A DNA stretch of 64,000 nucleotides, from IMG/VR virus record IMGVR_UViG_3300031576_000002, positions 124,001 to 188,000 of that record; one strand, given 5' to 3'. Numbering within the stretch: position 1 is the first letter of the stretch; each line of letters opens with the position of its first letter. This document shows, piece by piece, positions 26,511-36,047 of this stretch. Position numbers and translations under genes: made by a program. The notes beneath the pieces are model-generated. The model was given only the letters and a program-made list of their open reading frames with translations, did not search any database and had not been told where the DNA came from.

Positions 26511-27077
26511 CTACTGCCGCTTCGACGGTCGTTTCCTAGGCTTCCGGGATTCCACAAGTAACCTAGCTATCTCGTCGAACTCTTTCACAGCGTCGGGATC
26601 TACGATCGCCAGCAGCGCTCTCACCGTCGCCGGCTCGAAGGCTCCGGCGTCGTGCAACGCTTGGATGTCCCACAGGTCAAGAGGCTGGTTGGCGTAGAAC
26701 TTTGCCATGACCAGCAGTTCCACGGGAAAGGTAGGAGCGTTCGTCCCCCACAACGTCTTCTGCACGGGATGGTCGATCGCCGAGGCTTCGGGTTCGTCCT
26801 CGGCGAAGAGCACGTCTACACGTTCCTTCACCCCACTAGCACCTGGAGGAAGGGCGATGTAGTGGTGCGGCGCAAAAACACGGTCCACTTGGAACCCGGC
26901 TTCCCGCAACGTCTTGAGCACTCGCCCCCTATCTCCCGGGCGGAAGAATGCGTCTACGTCCGCCGTGTACCGCGCAACGCCGTGCGCGTTCACAGCGGCT
27001 CCGCCTCCGACGGCATAGTCGATGCCCGCAGGCCCGACTGCTTGCACCAGGAGCTTCAGGATCTCTGCGGCTGTCAC
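26511..27077 (-). CDS. Nucleotidyltransferase family protein
   Basis: IDYAVGGGAAVNAHGVARYTADVDAFF; LLVMAKF....DLWDI. Confidence 0.8.
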   Translation of the reverse strand: MTAAEILKLLVQAVGPAGIDYAVGGGAAVNAHGVARYTADVDAFFRPGDRGRVLKTLREAGFQVDRVFAPHHYIALPPGASGVKERVDVLFAEDEPEASAIDHPVQKTLWGTNAPTFPVELLVMAKFYANQPLDLWDIQALHDAGAFEPATVRALLAIVDPDAVKEFDEIARLLVESRKPRKRPSKRQ

Positions 27078-27307
27078 GGTTCTTTCTTAGACGGCTTACT
27101 CACAGCCTTGGCCTGGAATGCCTGCATGACCTTCTGCCGGATGAGCTGGGGATTCACGGCGACATCCACGAACCCCAAAATCTCGTAGGCCGATGTGAAC
27201 CCCGACCAGGTAATGCTCACGCCCTTCCCGTCTTCTTCCGAGATCGTGATCTTGCGCGTCTTGCTGTCTTTCTTCAAGGTATCCTCCAAATAGAAACGGG
27301 GACGCAA
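27074..27307 (-). CDS. Hypothetical protein
   Basis: 77 aa, coupled to the NTase start. Confidence 0.55.
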   Translation of the reverse strand: MRPRFYLEDTLKKDSKTRKITISEEDGKGVSITWSGFTSAYEILGFVDVAVNPQLIRQKVMQAFQAKAVSKPSKKEP

Positions 27308-27339
27308 GCGTCCCCGTTTCTCAAGCGCTGATAGCGGAC

Positions 27340-28116
27340 TCAGTCGTCGCTACCGTCATCGCCATCATCATCGTCGGTGCTGTCGTCGTCGTCACCATCA
27401 TCGTCCGACGCCTCCGCCTTGGCAGTGCCCTCGTCGTCCTCTCCGCCTCCCTCGGCTGCCTCCTCTTCCTTCACCTTCTTGGCCTTCTTGACCTTCTTGG
27501 GAGCTTCCTCCTCCTCCTCAGCCTTGGCCTTCTTCACCTTCTTGGGGGCCTCCTCCGGCGCCTCAGCGGCCTTGGCCTTCTTACCCTTGCCCGTGTACTC
27601 GCCCCGGCCAACCTTCCTGAGTTCGCCCGCGTCACAGGCACGCTTGAGGTGGCCACTCGCACCCACGGCTTCGATCTCGAAGTGCTTCGCCACGTCGGTC
27701 GGGCTCACGACGTCCTTCTGCGCAGAGACCCACTCCACGACGGCCGACATCTTGAGCCGCTTCTTCTCACTCTTTGCAACCTTCGGCTTCTCCGTACCGG
27801 CTGCCTTCACCTTGGCAGGCCGTCCGCGCTTTTTCGGCGCCTCGGTCGTCTCCTCCACCTTCACCTTGGCGGGCCGCCCCCGACGCTTCACGGGTGCGTC
27901 GCCGTCTCCCGTGGACTCGGCCGAAGCCGCCTTCACGAACGCGGAGACGAGCCCCAGTGGAATGCTGGACGCTCCCACGGTCACGTTGCCGGTGCCGTTC
28001 GCGCTGAACAGCACTTCGTCGCCCGCGTGCAGGGTCACTCGGCCACCCTTGGAGGACACGAGGCCGACGCCCTTCTGGTACTCCTGGCTCTTCGCAACTT
28101 CGATCCTGAAATCCAT
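27340..28116 (-). CDS. Histone/HMGA-like nucleoid protein: two AT-hooks, winged helix, Lys-rich repeats, acidic tail
   Basis: KRRGRP and KKRGRP; SPTDVAKHF..ASGHLKRACDAGELRKVGRGEY; APKKVKKAK x2; poly-Asp C-terminus. Confidence 0.8.
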   Translation of the reverse strand: MDFRIEVAKSQEYQKGVGLVSSKGGRVTLHAGDEVLFSANGTGNVTVGASSIPLGLVSAFVKAASAESTGDGDAPVKRRGRPAKVKVEETTEAPKKRGRPAKVKAAGTEKPKVAKSEKKRLKMSAVVEWVSAQKDVVSPTDVAKHFEIEAVGASGHLKRACDAGELRKVGRGEYTGKGKKAKAAEAPEEAPKKVKKAKAEEEEEAPKKVKKAKKVKEEEAAEGGGEDDEGTAKAEASDDDGDDDDSTDDDDGDDGSDD

Positions 28117-28197
28117 GCTGCCTCCCGATTAGATGCGAACGACATGTTCGCTCTCACTATTGATTAGCTTGTACTCCCGTTGCTGTCAAGCCCAATC

Positions 28198-29216
28198 CTA
28201 GAAATTTCCTACATCGTGCTGATAGCCGAGGCTGTAGCGACGCGCAGAGGAATTGTTCGGGTAGCCTCGCTGCCCGGAAACGGTGGGACTCCCGTCCGTG
28301 TAGTAACACGGTACAAGCCAGATCGTGTCTACTCTCTGCTGCCGCCAGTACGCCAGCTCTCTGGCAACCTCTCCCGTCGGAATCTCGGCCCAGCCTGGAA
28401 TCTTGATGACAGGTGCGCTAGTCGTCATGCAGCCTCCGCGTACCACCCGCAGAACTGGCACCACGTTCCGCTTGAAGGATGGCGGTAGTTGTAGATCTTC
28501 TCCACGGGCTTACACTCTTCAGGAGTCGGGCGCGTCGCGTACCGCCCCCACCAATCCCCCGGGTAGCGCTGCGGGGGATTCTCGATCAGATCGAGACACG
28601 GCTGGTGCTCGGGGTAGAACTCTCGAATACGCCGGACAGCCTTGTGGTTATCCGGGTACACCAGCTTCCGCCGCGCCTCAATGATCTCGGAGTTGGCCTG
28701 CTCGATCGCAGCCTTCTCCTTCGTCCGCCGCTCATCAGAGAAGCGCGGATCATCGTGGAAGTGCTTCAACTCGTAGGAGGGTACCGGCCAGATTCCCGTA
28801 TACCCTCTCCGCGTACCGCTCGGGTCGTAGTAGCAGTGCTTGGAGTACTGGTAATGGCTGCTGATCCAAGCCTGAACGCGCGGATGGTCCTCGGGCAGAG
28901 GAATGTAGAGTTCCCGGTGCAGCGCGTCTCGCTTCGCCTTGTGAGCCTCCCAGGTCGTGAACGAGTCTCCGGCCGATTCGATCACAAGTCCGAGCAGGAT
29001 GAGCGTCGGACCTCTGGGAGGAGTGTTTCCAGCCGGGGTGTAGACGTTCTTTGTGAAGTAAGTCGGATAGCCCGGCGGGTCGCCGTAGCACCCATTTCCG
29101 GGATCCTGCTGGAGATGGTAGCTACCCGCAATCTTGGCGGTCGGGAGCTTCTCCAGGCGTTCCCGGTTGATCGTGCTCAAATCGTATTTCATGGAGTCTC
29201 CTTTCAAAAATATCAT
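28198..29216 (-). other. Two hypothetical CDS (28198-28428, 28425-29216)
   Basis: Coupled ORFs; AAGGAG SD before the downstream ATG (MKYDL) of the larger one; C-terminal WCQFC. Confidence 0.6.
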
Positions 29217-29241
29217 ACAACCGCATTCAAAAAATTTCCGG

Positions 29242-29315
29242 TGGGCACGGAAGGAATCGAACCTTCGACCACTCGGTTAAAAGCCGAATGCTCTAACCAA
29301 CTGAGCTACGCGCCC
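29242..29315 (-). tRNA. tRNA-Lys(UUU), CCA not encoded
   Basis: GGGCGCG TA GCTC AGTTGGTTA GAGC A TTCGG CTTTTAA CCGAG TGGTC GAAGG TTCGATT CCTTC CGTGCCC A; full cloverleaf, followed by CCG. Confidence 0.97.
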
Positions 29316-29548
29316 GTTTTGCGCGCCTTCAGCCACTGCTCGACGTAGCGTTTCGCAGGAGCGATCGTCTTGTAAGAACGCTGGGTCTCTTCCTTGTGGC
29401 ACCACGCATAGGCGCGGTAACCATAGAGTTTCCAGCACACCATTCCACCCGGCCGACCATTGGTGGTCTGGTAGCCGGTATAGTCGCCAACGCCATCATG
29501 CCGCCATCGCATACTATCCTCCGCATGCTTGCCCTTAGCTTTCTTCAA
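29306..29548 (-). CDS. Hypothetical protein; stop codon lies inside the tRNA 5' end
   Basis: 80 aa; TAG at 29306-29308 within the tRNA. Confidence 0.55.
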   Translation of the reverse strand: MKKAKGKHAEDSMRWRHDGVGDYTGYQTTNGRPGGMVCWKLYGYRAYAWCHKEETQRSYKTIAPAKRYVEQWLKARKTGA

Positions 29549-30490
29549 ATGTAGCCTCCTGCAAAGCCTCTCGCAGGATCCCCGTACTTATCCGTCAAAT
29601 CAGCAGCGATTCCCTCACCGCGAAGAAACGCTTCGATCGCTTCCGGCGGGGCACTCTGGAGTACGACCTTGCGCCGCTTGTCCGGCCCCGGACGGGGAAT
29701 AGCAAGGAACGGAATGCCCTCTCTCACTGACGCTTCCGGCAGTTCGGGCACATCGCCCCAACACTCTACAGAGTGCGGACACGCAGGAGCTTTGTTGGAC
29801 GGCAGGTTCGAGTGCGCCCCGCACTTGACTCCGAGCGCTCCCGGCAGAAGATACGCTACTACCGTGCCACCAAGCCGGGGGTGCTGGGCGGGATATTCTT
29901 CGGCCCGAATCCGTGCCAGACGTAGCACCTCACGCGCTCGCTCGACATCTACGAGCAACTCTTGTACGGAGCGCTTCTGGAACGCGGCACGCGAAGATAC
30001 GCGCCAGCTTCCCAGCAACTCCGGATCCACGCCCGGACACTCGCCCCGGTACGCTGCTCCAAGGCAATGGTCAGCAGCAGCGATCCAACGCTGCTCCAGA
30101 GTTGGCTCCTTCCCGAGCAAGGTAAGCGTCTGACCGAGCTAGGTACTCGACAGGAGGACGGCCGTAGCCGGGATCGCCCGGATGGTGATGGTCCACCATC
30201 CGAATCGAAATTCCCCGACAACTCGATACGTCATCAGCTTCGTCACGGTAGACCGGATTGAATCCGCACTCCACCAGGTATACGCTCGCGCCCGCAGGCA
30301 CCGTTGAGATCCACGTAGCGAGCGTCACCGTTCGTTCCGCATCCGCTACGCCTTCGCTGGCGTAGGCAACGCCCGAATGTACGCGGTACAAGCCCACGGT
30401 CGCGTACAGAACCCCCTGGCCGTGTTGCCGGAGCACGCTCTCGACCTCTTCCATCTCGGGGTCCGACGCTCCAAGAATGTAGATACTCAC
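29545..30490 (-). pseudogene. DHH-motif phage protein split by a +1 frameshift near 30140
   Basis: ILGASDPEM..RVHSGVAY..VECG..VDHHHPGDPGYG.PP.EYL continues as LGQTLTLLG..AAADHCL.AAY.G.CPGVDP in the +1 frame. Confidence 0.6.
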
Positions 30491-33148
30491 TGTTCTTTCT
30501 CCTGGCAGCCTGGACACCACTCGTCCGGGTGCGCCATGTAGGACCGGGCTACGGCTTGCGTGTCGAAGCAAATCACCCCGCCGTGTTCATTGCAGACAAG
30601 TTGCCACTTTCCCGCGTCTGGATCTTCGGACGGCTGGAGGCCGACCAGCGTGCCCGTACTGCGGGCGCGTGTAGCAGTCCTGATACCGTCCCAGTCTGCC
30701 GCAGCAGGATGTATTCTTGACATAAGCGGTCAGGGCGCAGCCTTGTGCGTAACGTAGTGCACCTTCATCGTCTTTCCCCGTCGCTCCATCTTTTCAAACA
30801 CGTACCCCTTCGGAGCACCCCCCAGAGCCAGAGCAGCTCCTCCCGCGTAGGGATCTACCGTGAACTCCTTCACGATCCGCTGTCTAACTTTCTCGCCCTT
30901 TTTCTTCACCGTTTCCCCTTTTAGCCCGTAGGCCGGTTCGCAACCTTACCGCCAGTATAGTCTTATGCGCCTATAGTGTCAAGTCCTTGTGCGTGGCTCT
31001 TAACTTCTCGCGAGCCTGCTCTGCCGTCATCGTCAGCGTCCGGACAGGATCCATCGCCTTCCCACACTTCCGGCAGGGGCGTTCTACGCCATCGTCTGAG
31101 AAGCGTACCCGGTGGCACTTCGGGTTGACGCACTGGAACATCAGACAGGCTTCCAACGTACCTTCCCTGCCCCGCTTCACCACGTCCATGAAGGATTTGA
31201 CCAGCGGGCGCGTACGCTGGATGAATTCAATTTCGTCTTCTACTGCGTCACGCACGATAAGGGGCTGGTTGCGCACGGAATTGATCGTGGTATTTCGGAC
31301 GCAGACTGGACACTTGATATGCCAGCGATCGGCGCGGTGCTCGAACTCCTTACCACAGTCGCAGCGCACCTGGAGAAAGTTGACCCGAGCCGTCCATCGA
31401 GCACCCAGTAGCTTCAAGGCTGCGGACTTTCCTCGCGCTTTTTGAACTGCCCTGACTTCTTACTGAAGGGATTCTTCCCCATCCGATAGGGATGTAGCGG
31501 ACACTCTTTGCTCGTACAACGCTTGACCTCGCTGGGAGCACCGCCCATGCACATCAAGCATAGCGCGCGAATCGCTTTCTTGCGGGACGTGTAGATCATT
31601 TTCCCTCACGCTTGCGCGGGCTTGATGACCATCACGGGTACACGACCGCCGCGCATCTTCAGGCATTCGTCTATCCGCTCTGCCACGTCTGCGAGCTTTT
31701 CCGCGTCCGCTTCTACTCTAGCCAGAGCTTTGGCATACTCTGCCCGCTCGAAATCTGGAAGATTGCGCAACACGATCGTCGCCGCGCTTCGGCCCAGATA
31801 CACCATAGTAAGAGCCAGGTCGGATAGATCCAGATGTCCCTCATCTATGCAGGTGTTGACAACTGCTTCAAGCCTACTCGTGGCGCGCTGCATGTCCTCC
31901 TGATAGACATCCTCTTCTGAATTCAAAACGTCCTCCGATCCTCAAACTTGAAGCCTGCGGCTGCAAGGTGGGCGCTTACCTGCGCAATCGCGCGTGCTTG
32001 GTGAGCTGCGTACTCTACCGCGGTTCTGGGGATGTCCAGCTCCCGCTCTGAATTCTCGATCGCGTTCTCCAGGATCTTCCACGGCATCGACTCGACCAAG
32101 GCGAGGGTGTCTTCACTCACACGGCGGAAGATGAGTCCCGCGCTCGGATAGCCCCACATTTCTCCAATAGCGAGGAGGTTGACCTGGTTCTTCGTCCAGG
32201 CTACATGGACAGGGTTGAGAGCTTCAGTCGGCATTTTTGACGGCCTCCCTGACGCTGTCCAGCGTCCGCTCGATATCGCTCAGACGATCTACGATCGGCT
32301 GGACGGCTTCGTTCACATCAGAAGGCTGAGCCGTACTTCCTATCTCGCCAGAGATGTCTTCAAGCCTTTCCAAAATCTTGTCGTAGTCACCCTCGACGCT
32401 GCGGATCCGGTCGCGCAGGTAGCTGAACTCCACCGCCATCCAGCGACGAAGTTGTTCGAGCGTCAGCTCTTCCGAATCGGCCGGCTGCACCGACGGCTGC
32501 AACGGCGACAGAACTGTAGGCTGGAGCTTTTCTGCTTTTTTCATCGAGCCCTCAGTGCGCCATACACGGCGCTGATTTTGGATGCTTAGAAGAATCGTAA
32601 CGCAGGCGCAAAGTCCGGTAGAGCACGGACAAGTCCGCGTCTTCTGCGCCTCCTACTAGAATACCGTTCTTGTACACGTCGGCGCGGAATACTCGATCTG
32701 CGCCATCCCACCAGACCTCGGCCCAGAATGCTGCCGCTGCTACGGGAGCCCAGACCGCTTGTGCCCGGAGTTGCTCTGCGGTACCAGCTTCTACTTCCAG
32801 GCCGGCGATGTCGGTCATGGTCAACGCACTCTCGGATAGCTGAGGAGGGCGCATGTAGTTGTGCCAGCACAACTAGGTAGGCTTAGCCTTTCTACTTTCT
32901 AACTGCTCCAGATCTTTATGCGCCGCTCTCAAGGCAACAACAGAGTCCTTCAGGAAGTCGGAGATCACTTCTCGCTCCACCTGAGTCGTCGCTGTATCGA
33001 ACTCTTGCCTGAGAAACTCCAACGCCTTCGTGTGCCGGTGGATCTGTCCAAGAATGCGTGCTCGTGCCTGGCGTATCTCAGATACTTTTCGCTTCTTCTT
33101 GGGCTCTTTCTTGGGCGGAAGTACCCGCGTGGACCCGAAGTCATTCAT
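30487..33148 (-). other. Run of small hypothetical CDS (30487-30723, 30730-30909, 30971-31417, 31414-31599, 31606-31926, 31923-32234, 32224-32544, 32552-32872, 32873-33148)
   Basis: Tightly packed and co-oriented; several are Cys-rich (CDCG..CPVC; CLMC..C..CPLHPYRMGKNP). 30730-30909 was translated manually. Confidence 0.65.
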
Positions 33149-33182
33149 GAAGTCTTCGGCGGCTGGAAACTATCACCTTTAT

Positions 33183-34394
33183 GCGACAGAAGAGGCCGCT
33201 CTGTGCTACAGTATCGGCTATGATTCAGCTCACCCTCCGACTCAAGCTCAGGCCAACTCCTGAGCAGAAGTCTATCTTCTATACCACCTCGGAGCAGCAT
33301 ACTCAATCTTACAACTACGCCTGCAACTTTGGCTGGAAGAACAGCACTGCCAACCGGATCGAGATTCATCATGGTGTCTACCGTGCCCAAAGAGAGGCGA
33401 CTCAGCTTCCTTCTCAACTTGTCGTATCCAGCATTACCAGGGCTTCTGAATCTCTAGCCTCTGCCAAAGCCTTGAGAAGGAAAAAGAAGAAAGTAGCCTG
33501 TCCAAAGTCCAAACTCTGCCCCATCCGATACGATTCAAGATCCTCCACAGTCAATCTCAAAGAAGGCTTTGCCGCTCTAGCAACCGTATCCGGCAGACAA
33601 AGAGTCCAGTTCAAAGTCCCTGACTTTCAACTTCCATACATTGACTGGAAAGTCTGCTCTTCCGATCTTATCCGGAATAGGAAGGGTAACTACTTCCTTC
33701 ATGTCGTAGTCAGCCGTGAAGAGGAACCGTTCATACCCGTTAAGAGAACAGTCGGAGTCGATCTTGGTATCACGCATCCAGCCGTAACTTCCAAGAACAA
33801 GTTTTTGGGTAAGAGGAGCTGGAAGAACGTAGAAAGGAGAAACTTCAAACTGAGGCGTTCCCTTCAAGCCAAAGGCACAAAATCTGCCAAGAGACATCTT
33901 CAAAAGCTCTCTGGTAGACAGAAACGTTTCCGGCGTGACTGTGACCGTGTCTTGAGTAAGCAGTTGGTCCAGTCTTGTAAGAAGGGTTCTACCTTGGTAT
34001 TTGAAAACTTGAAAGAGATCCGATCCGGTAACTCCAAAGGCAAGAGGTTCAACCGGAAGCTCCACGGTTGGAGCTTTGACCAACTTCAAGCCTTTGTAGA
34101 GTACAAAGCAAAGATGAGAGGTATCCAAGTTGTTTACGTGGATCCCCGGTACACCTCTCAGAAATGCTCCAAGTGTAAGTTCAGGAGCAAGAAAAACCGG
34201 ATCTCTCAAAGTAGCTTCCAGTGTCGAAGCTGCGGGTTCAGGATTCATGCTGATCTCAATGCAGCTAGAAACATACGGAAGCGGTATCTTTTTACTCAGG
34301 CTAAAAGTTTGGGTAACGGGCTTATGTCAACAAGCCTAGTGCAGAGGTCAAAAGATCATCTGCAAGCTGCCTGCTTCGGCCGGTAGTAGTTGAT
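33183..34394 (+). mobile_element. IS200/IS605-family (IS1341-like) tnpB-only element
   Basis: Left flank TTTAT with an imperfect hairpin; right end GCAAGC..GGTAGTAGTTGAT; no TIRs; removal restores a TAA stop in the minus-strand gene. Confidence 0.75.
33220..34386 (+). CDS. tnpB: RNA-guided endonuclease TnpB (388 aa; divergent from the other two)
   Basis: LKLRPT; GVDLG, VFENL, HADLNAARNI; CSKC/CRSC. Confidence 0.93.
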   Translation: MIQLTLRLKLRPTPEQKSIFYTTSEQHTQSYNYACNFGWKNSTANRIEIHHGVYRAQREATQLPSQLVVSSITRASESLASAKALRRKKKKVACPKSKLCPIRYDSRSSTVNLKEGFAALATVSGRQRVQFKVPDFQLPYIDWKVCSSDLIRNRKGNYFLHVVVSREEEPFIPVKRTVGVDLGITHPAVTSKNKFLGKRSWKNVERRNFKLRRSLQAKGTKSAKRHLQKLSGRQKRFRRDCDRVLSKQLVQSCKKGSTLVFENLKEIRSGNSKGKRFNRKLHGWSFDQLQAFVEYKAKMRGIQVVYVDPRYTSQKCSKCKFRSKKNRISQSSFQCRSCGFRIHADLNAARNIRKRYLFTQAKSLGNGLMSTSLVQRSKDHLQAACFGR

Positions 34395-34885
34395 GCCAGA
34401 AAGCACTCCGGCTCTTCCGTCGCGTTCAGGTACAGGCAGCACACCTCCGTCCAGGGTCTGCCATCCGTATCGACCACTTCGGATTGCCAGCAAACCTTCT
34501 CCGGCTGGATCTCGGGACTATCGGTGTGGCAATCGAACGTACAATTCGGATTGACTCGATCGCAAGCGGACAAGAAGATCAGCAAACTGATGACCTTCAC
34601 CCACCTCATCCCGTTCCAGTACATTCCCTTCCCCCGCACTTCTGCCCACCAGCGTTCCACTACAGAATTGTTAAGATACGTCTCGGCCGAGTTGTGATTC
34701 AAGACTTCCTCTCCTCCTGCCGTGAAGACTCGAATCCGATTCCCGTAGCGTCCCTTTCCAGGAATCCGCCACCGGACGCCTCGCGGTTTCCGATCGGTGT
34801 TGCAGTAGCCTTGATCTATCTCAGCCCGCAGACCAAGGCCAGCCCCATTGATTTCGGCCGCGATAGTTTTCAATCGGCGCGACAT
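34322..34885 (-). CDS. Apparent in-frame fusion of a basic phage protein and a Cys-rich lipoprotein; last 23 codons read into the tnpB element
   Basis: Internal SD plus ATG 34609 (MRWVKVISLLIFLSAC); the natural end would be ..ECFLA-stop. Confidence 0.55.
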   Translation of the reverse strand: MSRRLKTIAAEINGAGLGLRAEIDQGYCNTDRKPRGVRWRIPGKGRYGNRIRVFTAGGEEVLNHNSAETYLNNSVVERWWAEVRGKGMYWNGMRWVKVISLLIFLSACDRVNPNCTFDCHTDSPEIQPEKVCWQSEVVDTDGRPWTEVCCLYLNATEEPECFLASTTTGRSRQLADDLLTSALGLLT

Positions 34886-34895
34886 GTTTTCAGCA

Positions 34896-35138
34896 CTAGG
34901 CGGCCGACTGCTCTTCCGTTGCCAATGCGCTAGCCGCGTTCTCTGCTTCCCACCGTTCCAGATCCACTTCGAACAGGCAGGTCTGCACGAACCCGATCAC
35001 GGCTTCGGCACCCCGCCGCTCCAGCTCGCTGTTCCACTTCGCCTTGCGCTTGTGCTCGACCTTGCCCTCTTCCCGGATGCGTCGGGCTTCCTTGGCCTTC
35101 TTCACCTTCTCCTGCTTGCGCGACTTGGACTTTCGCAT
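34896..35138 (-). CDS. Basic hypothetical protein
   Basis: GGAGG SD and GTATAGTA box upstream. Confidence 0.6.
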   Translation of the reverse strand: MRKSKSRKQEKVKKAKEARRIREEGKVEHKRKAKWNSELERRGAEAVIGFVQTCLFEVDLERWEAENAASALATEEQSAA

Positions 35139-35157
35139 TTCAGTTGCCTCCTGATTC

Positions 35158-35165
35158 TACTATAC
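35158..35165 (-). promoter_or_regulatory. GTATAGTA -10-like box
   Basis: Followed by GGAGG SD and ATG 35138. Confidence 0.65.
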
Positions 35166-35195
35166 CGCGCCAATCTTAGAATTCCGCACCCCTGG

Positions 35196-35996
35196 CTATA
35201 TTTCTGTCCAGGCTCGAACCCGTTCTCGGCACTCCGCCAGATACCCCTCTTGCAGGTCCAGGAAGTGCCAGGACTTGTAAAGAATGAAAGGACTGTGCGA
35301 GGTTGCGATGACCTGGAAACGCTTCGCCAGTTTGGGAACGATCTCATTCCAGAGAACCATTTGATTCGGCAGGCTCAGGCTCATGTCAGGTTCATCGAGC
35401 AGAATCGTACTCGGGCCTGTCCGTGGAAGCGTCTTCACGTACTCCGAGAACGCTGTCCAGCCCTCTACCCACAGGCTGTTATATTTCCGATCTGGATTTT
35501 TTGTAAGGTCCGGAACTTGATCCAGCAACTCTGCGATTCTTTCAATCTTATGGATTCGCCGCTGTCCCTCGCTCGGCTTTTGCGCGATCTCCTGAATCTG
35601 GTCCTTCATCGAAGTCATGCCATCGGCAGAATTCTCGGCCCGGTCCACGAAGAAGGAAAGCCCGTCTCGATCCGCGGCTGCATTGAGAAAGGTTGGAGTC
35701 CCGTCCCATTCTATATTTGCAGTACACTGGCCCGGTGCTCGTATGGCTAAGCAGTCTGGAAGATTGGGCGGCTTCCTCCGCAAAACCCCGATCTCGATAA
35801 TGTCTCCGGGGTCAGGGTGTTTCGACCAGCCTCCTGTCGTGATCCCGCAGTAGACCCCCGTGATCTTGAGCGCAGTCGTCTTCCCGCACCCGTTCGGCCC
35901 AAAGAGAATGTTGACTCCGGGCTTGAACTTGAGCTTGCCCTTGAACGCAGGAAGCTGCGCGGCAAAGCCCGTCTTGACTCGGAAGGACTGGATCAT
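35196..35996 (-). CDS. ABC-type (AAA_21-like) ATPase, leaderless start ATG 35996
   Basis: GPNGCGKT, SEGQ, LLDEPD, ATSHSPF. Confidence 0.88.
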   Translation of the reverse strand: MIQSFRVKTGFAAQLPAFKGKLKFKPGVNILFGPNGCGKTTALKITGVYCGITTGGWSKHPDPGDIIEIGVLRRKPPNLPDCLAIRAPGQCTANIEWDGTPTFLNAAADRDGLSFFVDRAENSADGMTSMKDQIQEIAQKPSEGQRRIHKIERIAELLDQVPDLTKNPDRKYNSLWVEGWTAFSEYVKTLPRTGPSTILLDEPDMSLSLPNQMVLWNEIVPKLAKRFQVIATSHSPFILYKSWHFLDLQEGYLAECRERVRAWTEI

Positions 35997-36002
35997 CGGA
36001 CG

Positions 36003-36010
36003 TACTATAC
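36003..36010 (-). promoter_or_regulatory. GTATAGTA box, leaderless
   Basis: TATAGT 7 nt before ATG 35996. Confidence 0.65.
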
Positions 36011-36047
36011 AGCGCGCTTCCAAAAATACGCACCTATCCCGTCGAGC

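Noticed and set aside
27480-27580. Tandem DNA repeat
   Set aside because: Reflects Lys/Ala/Glu peptide repeats in the AT-hook protein.
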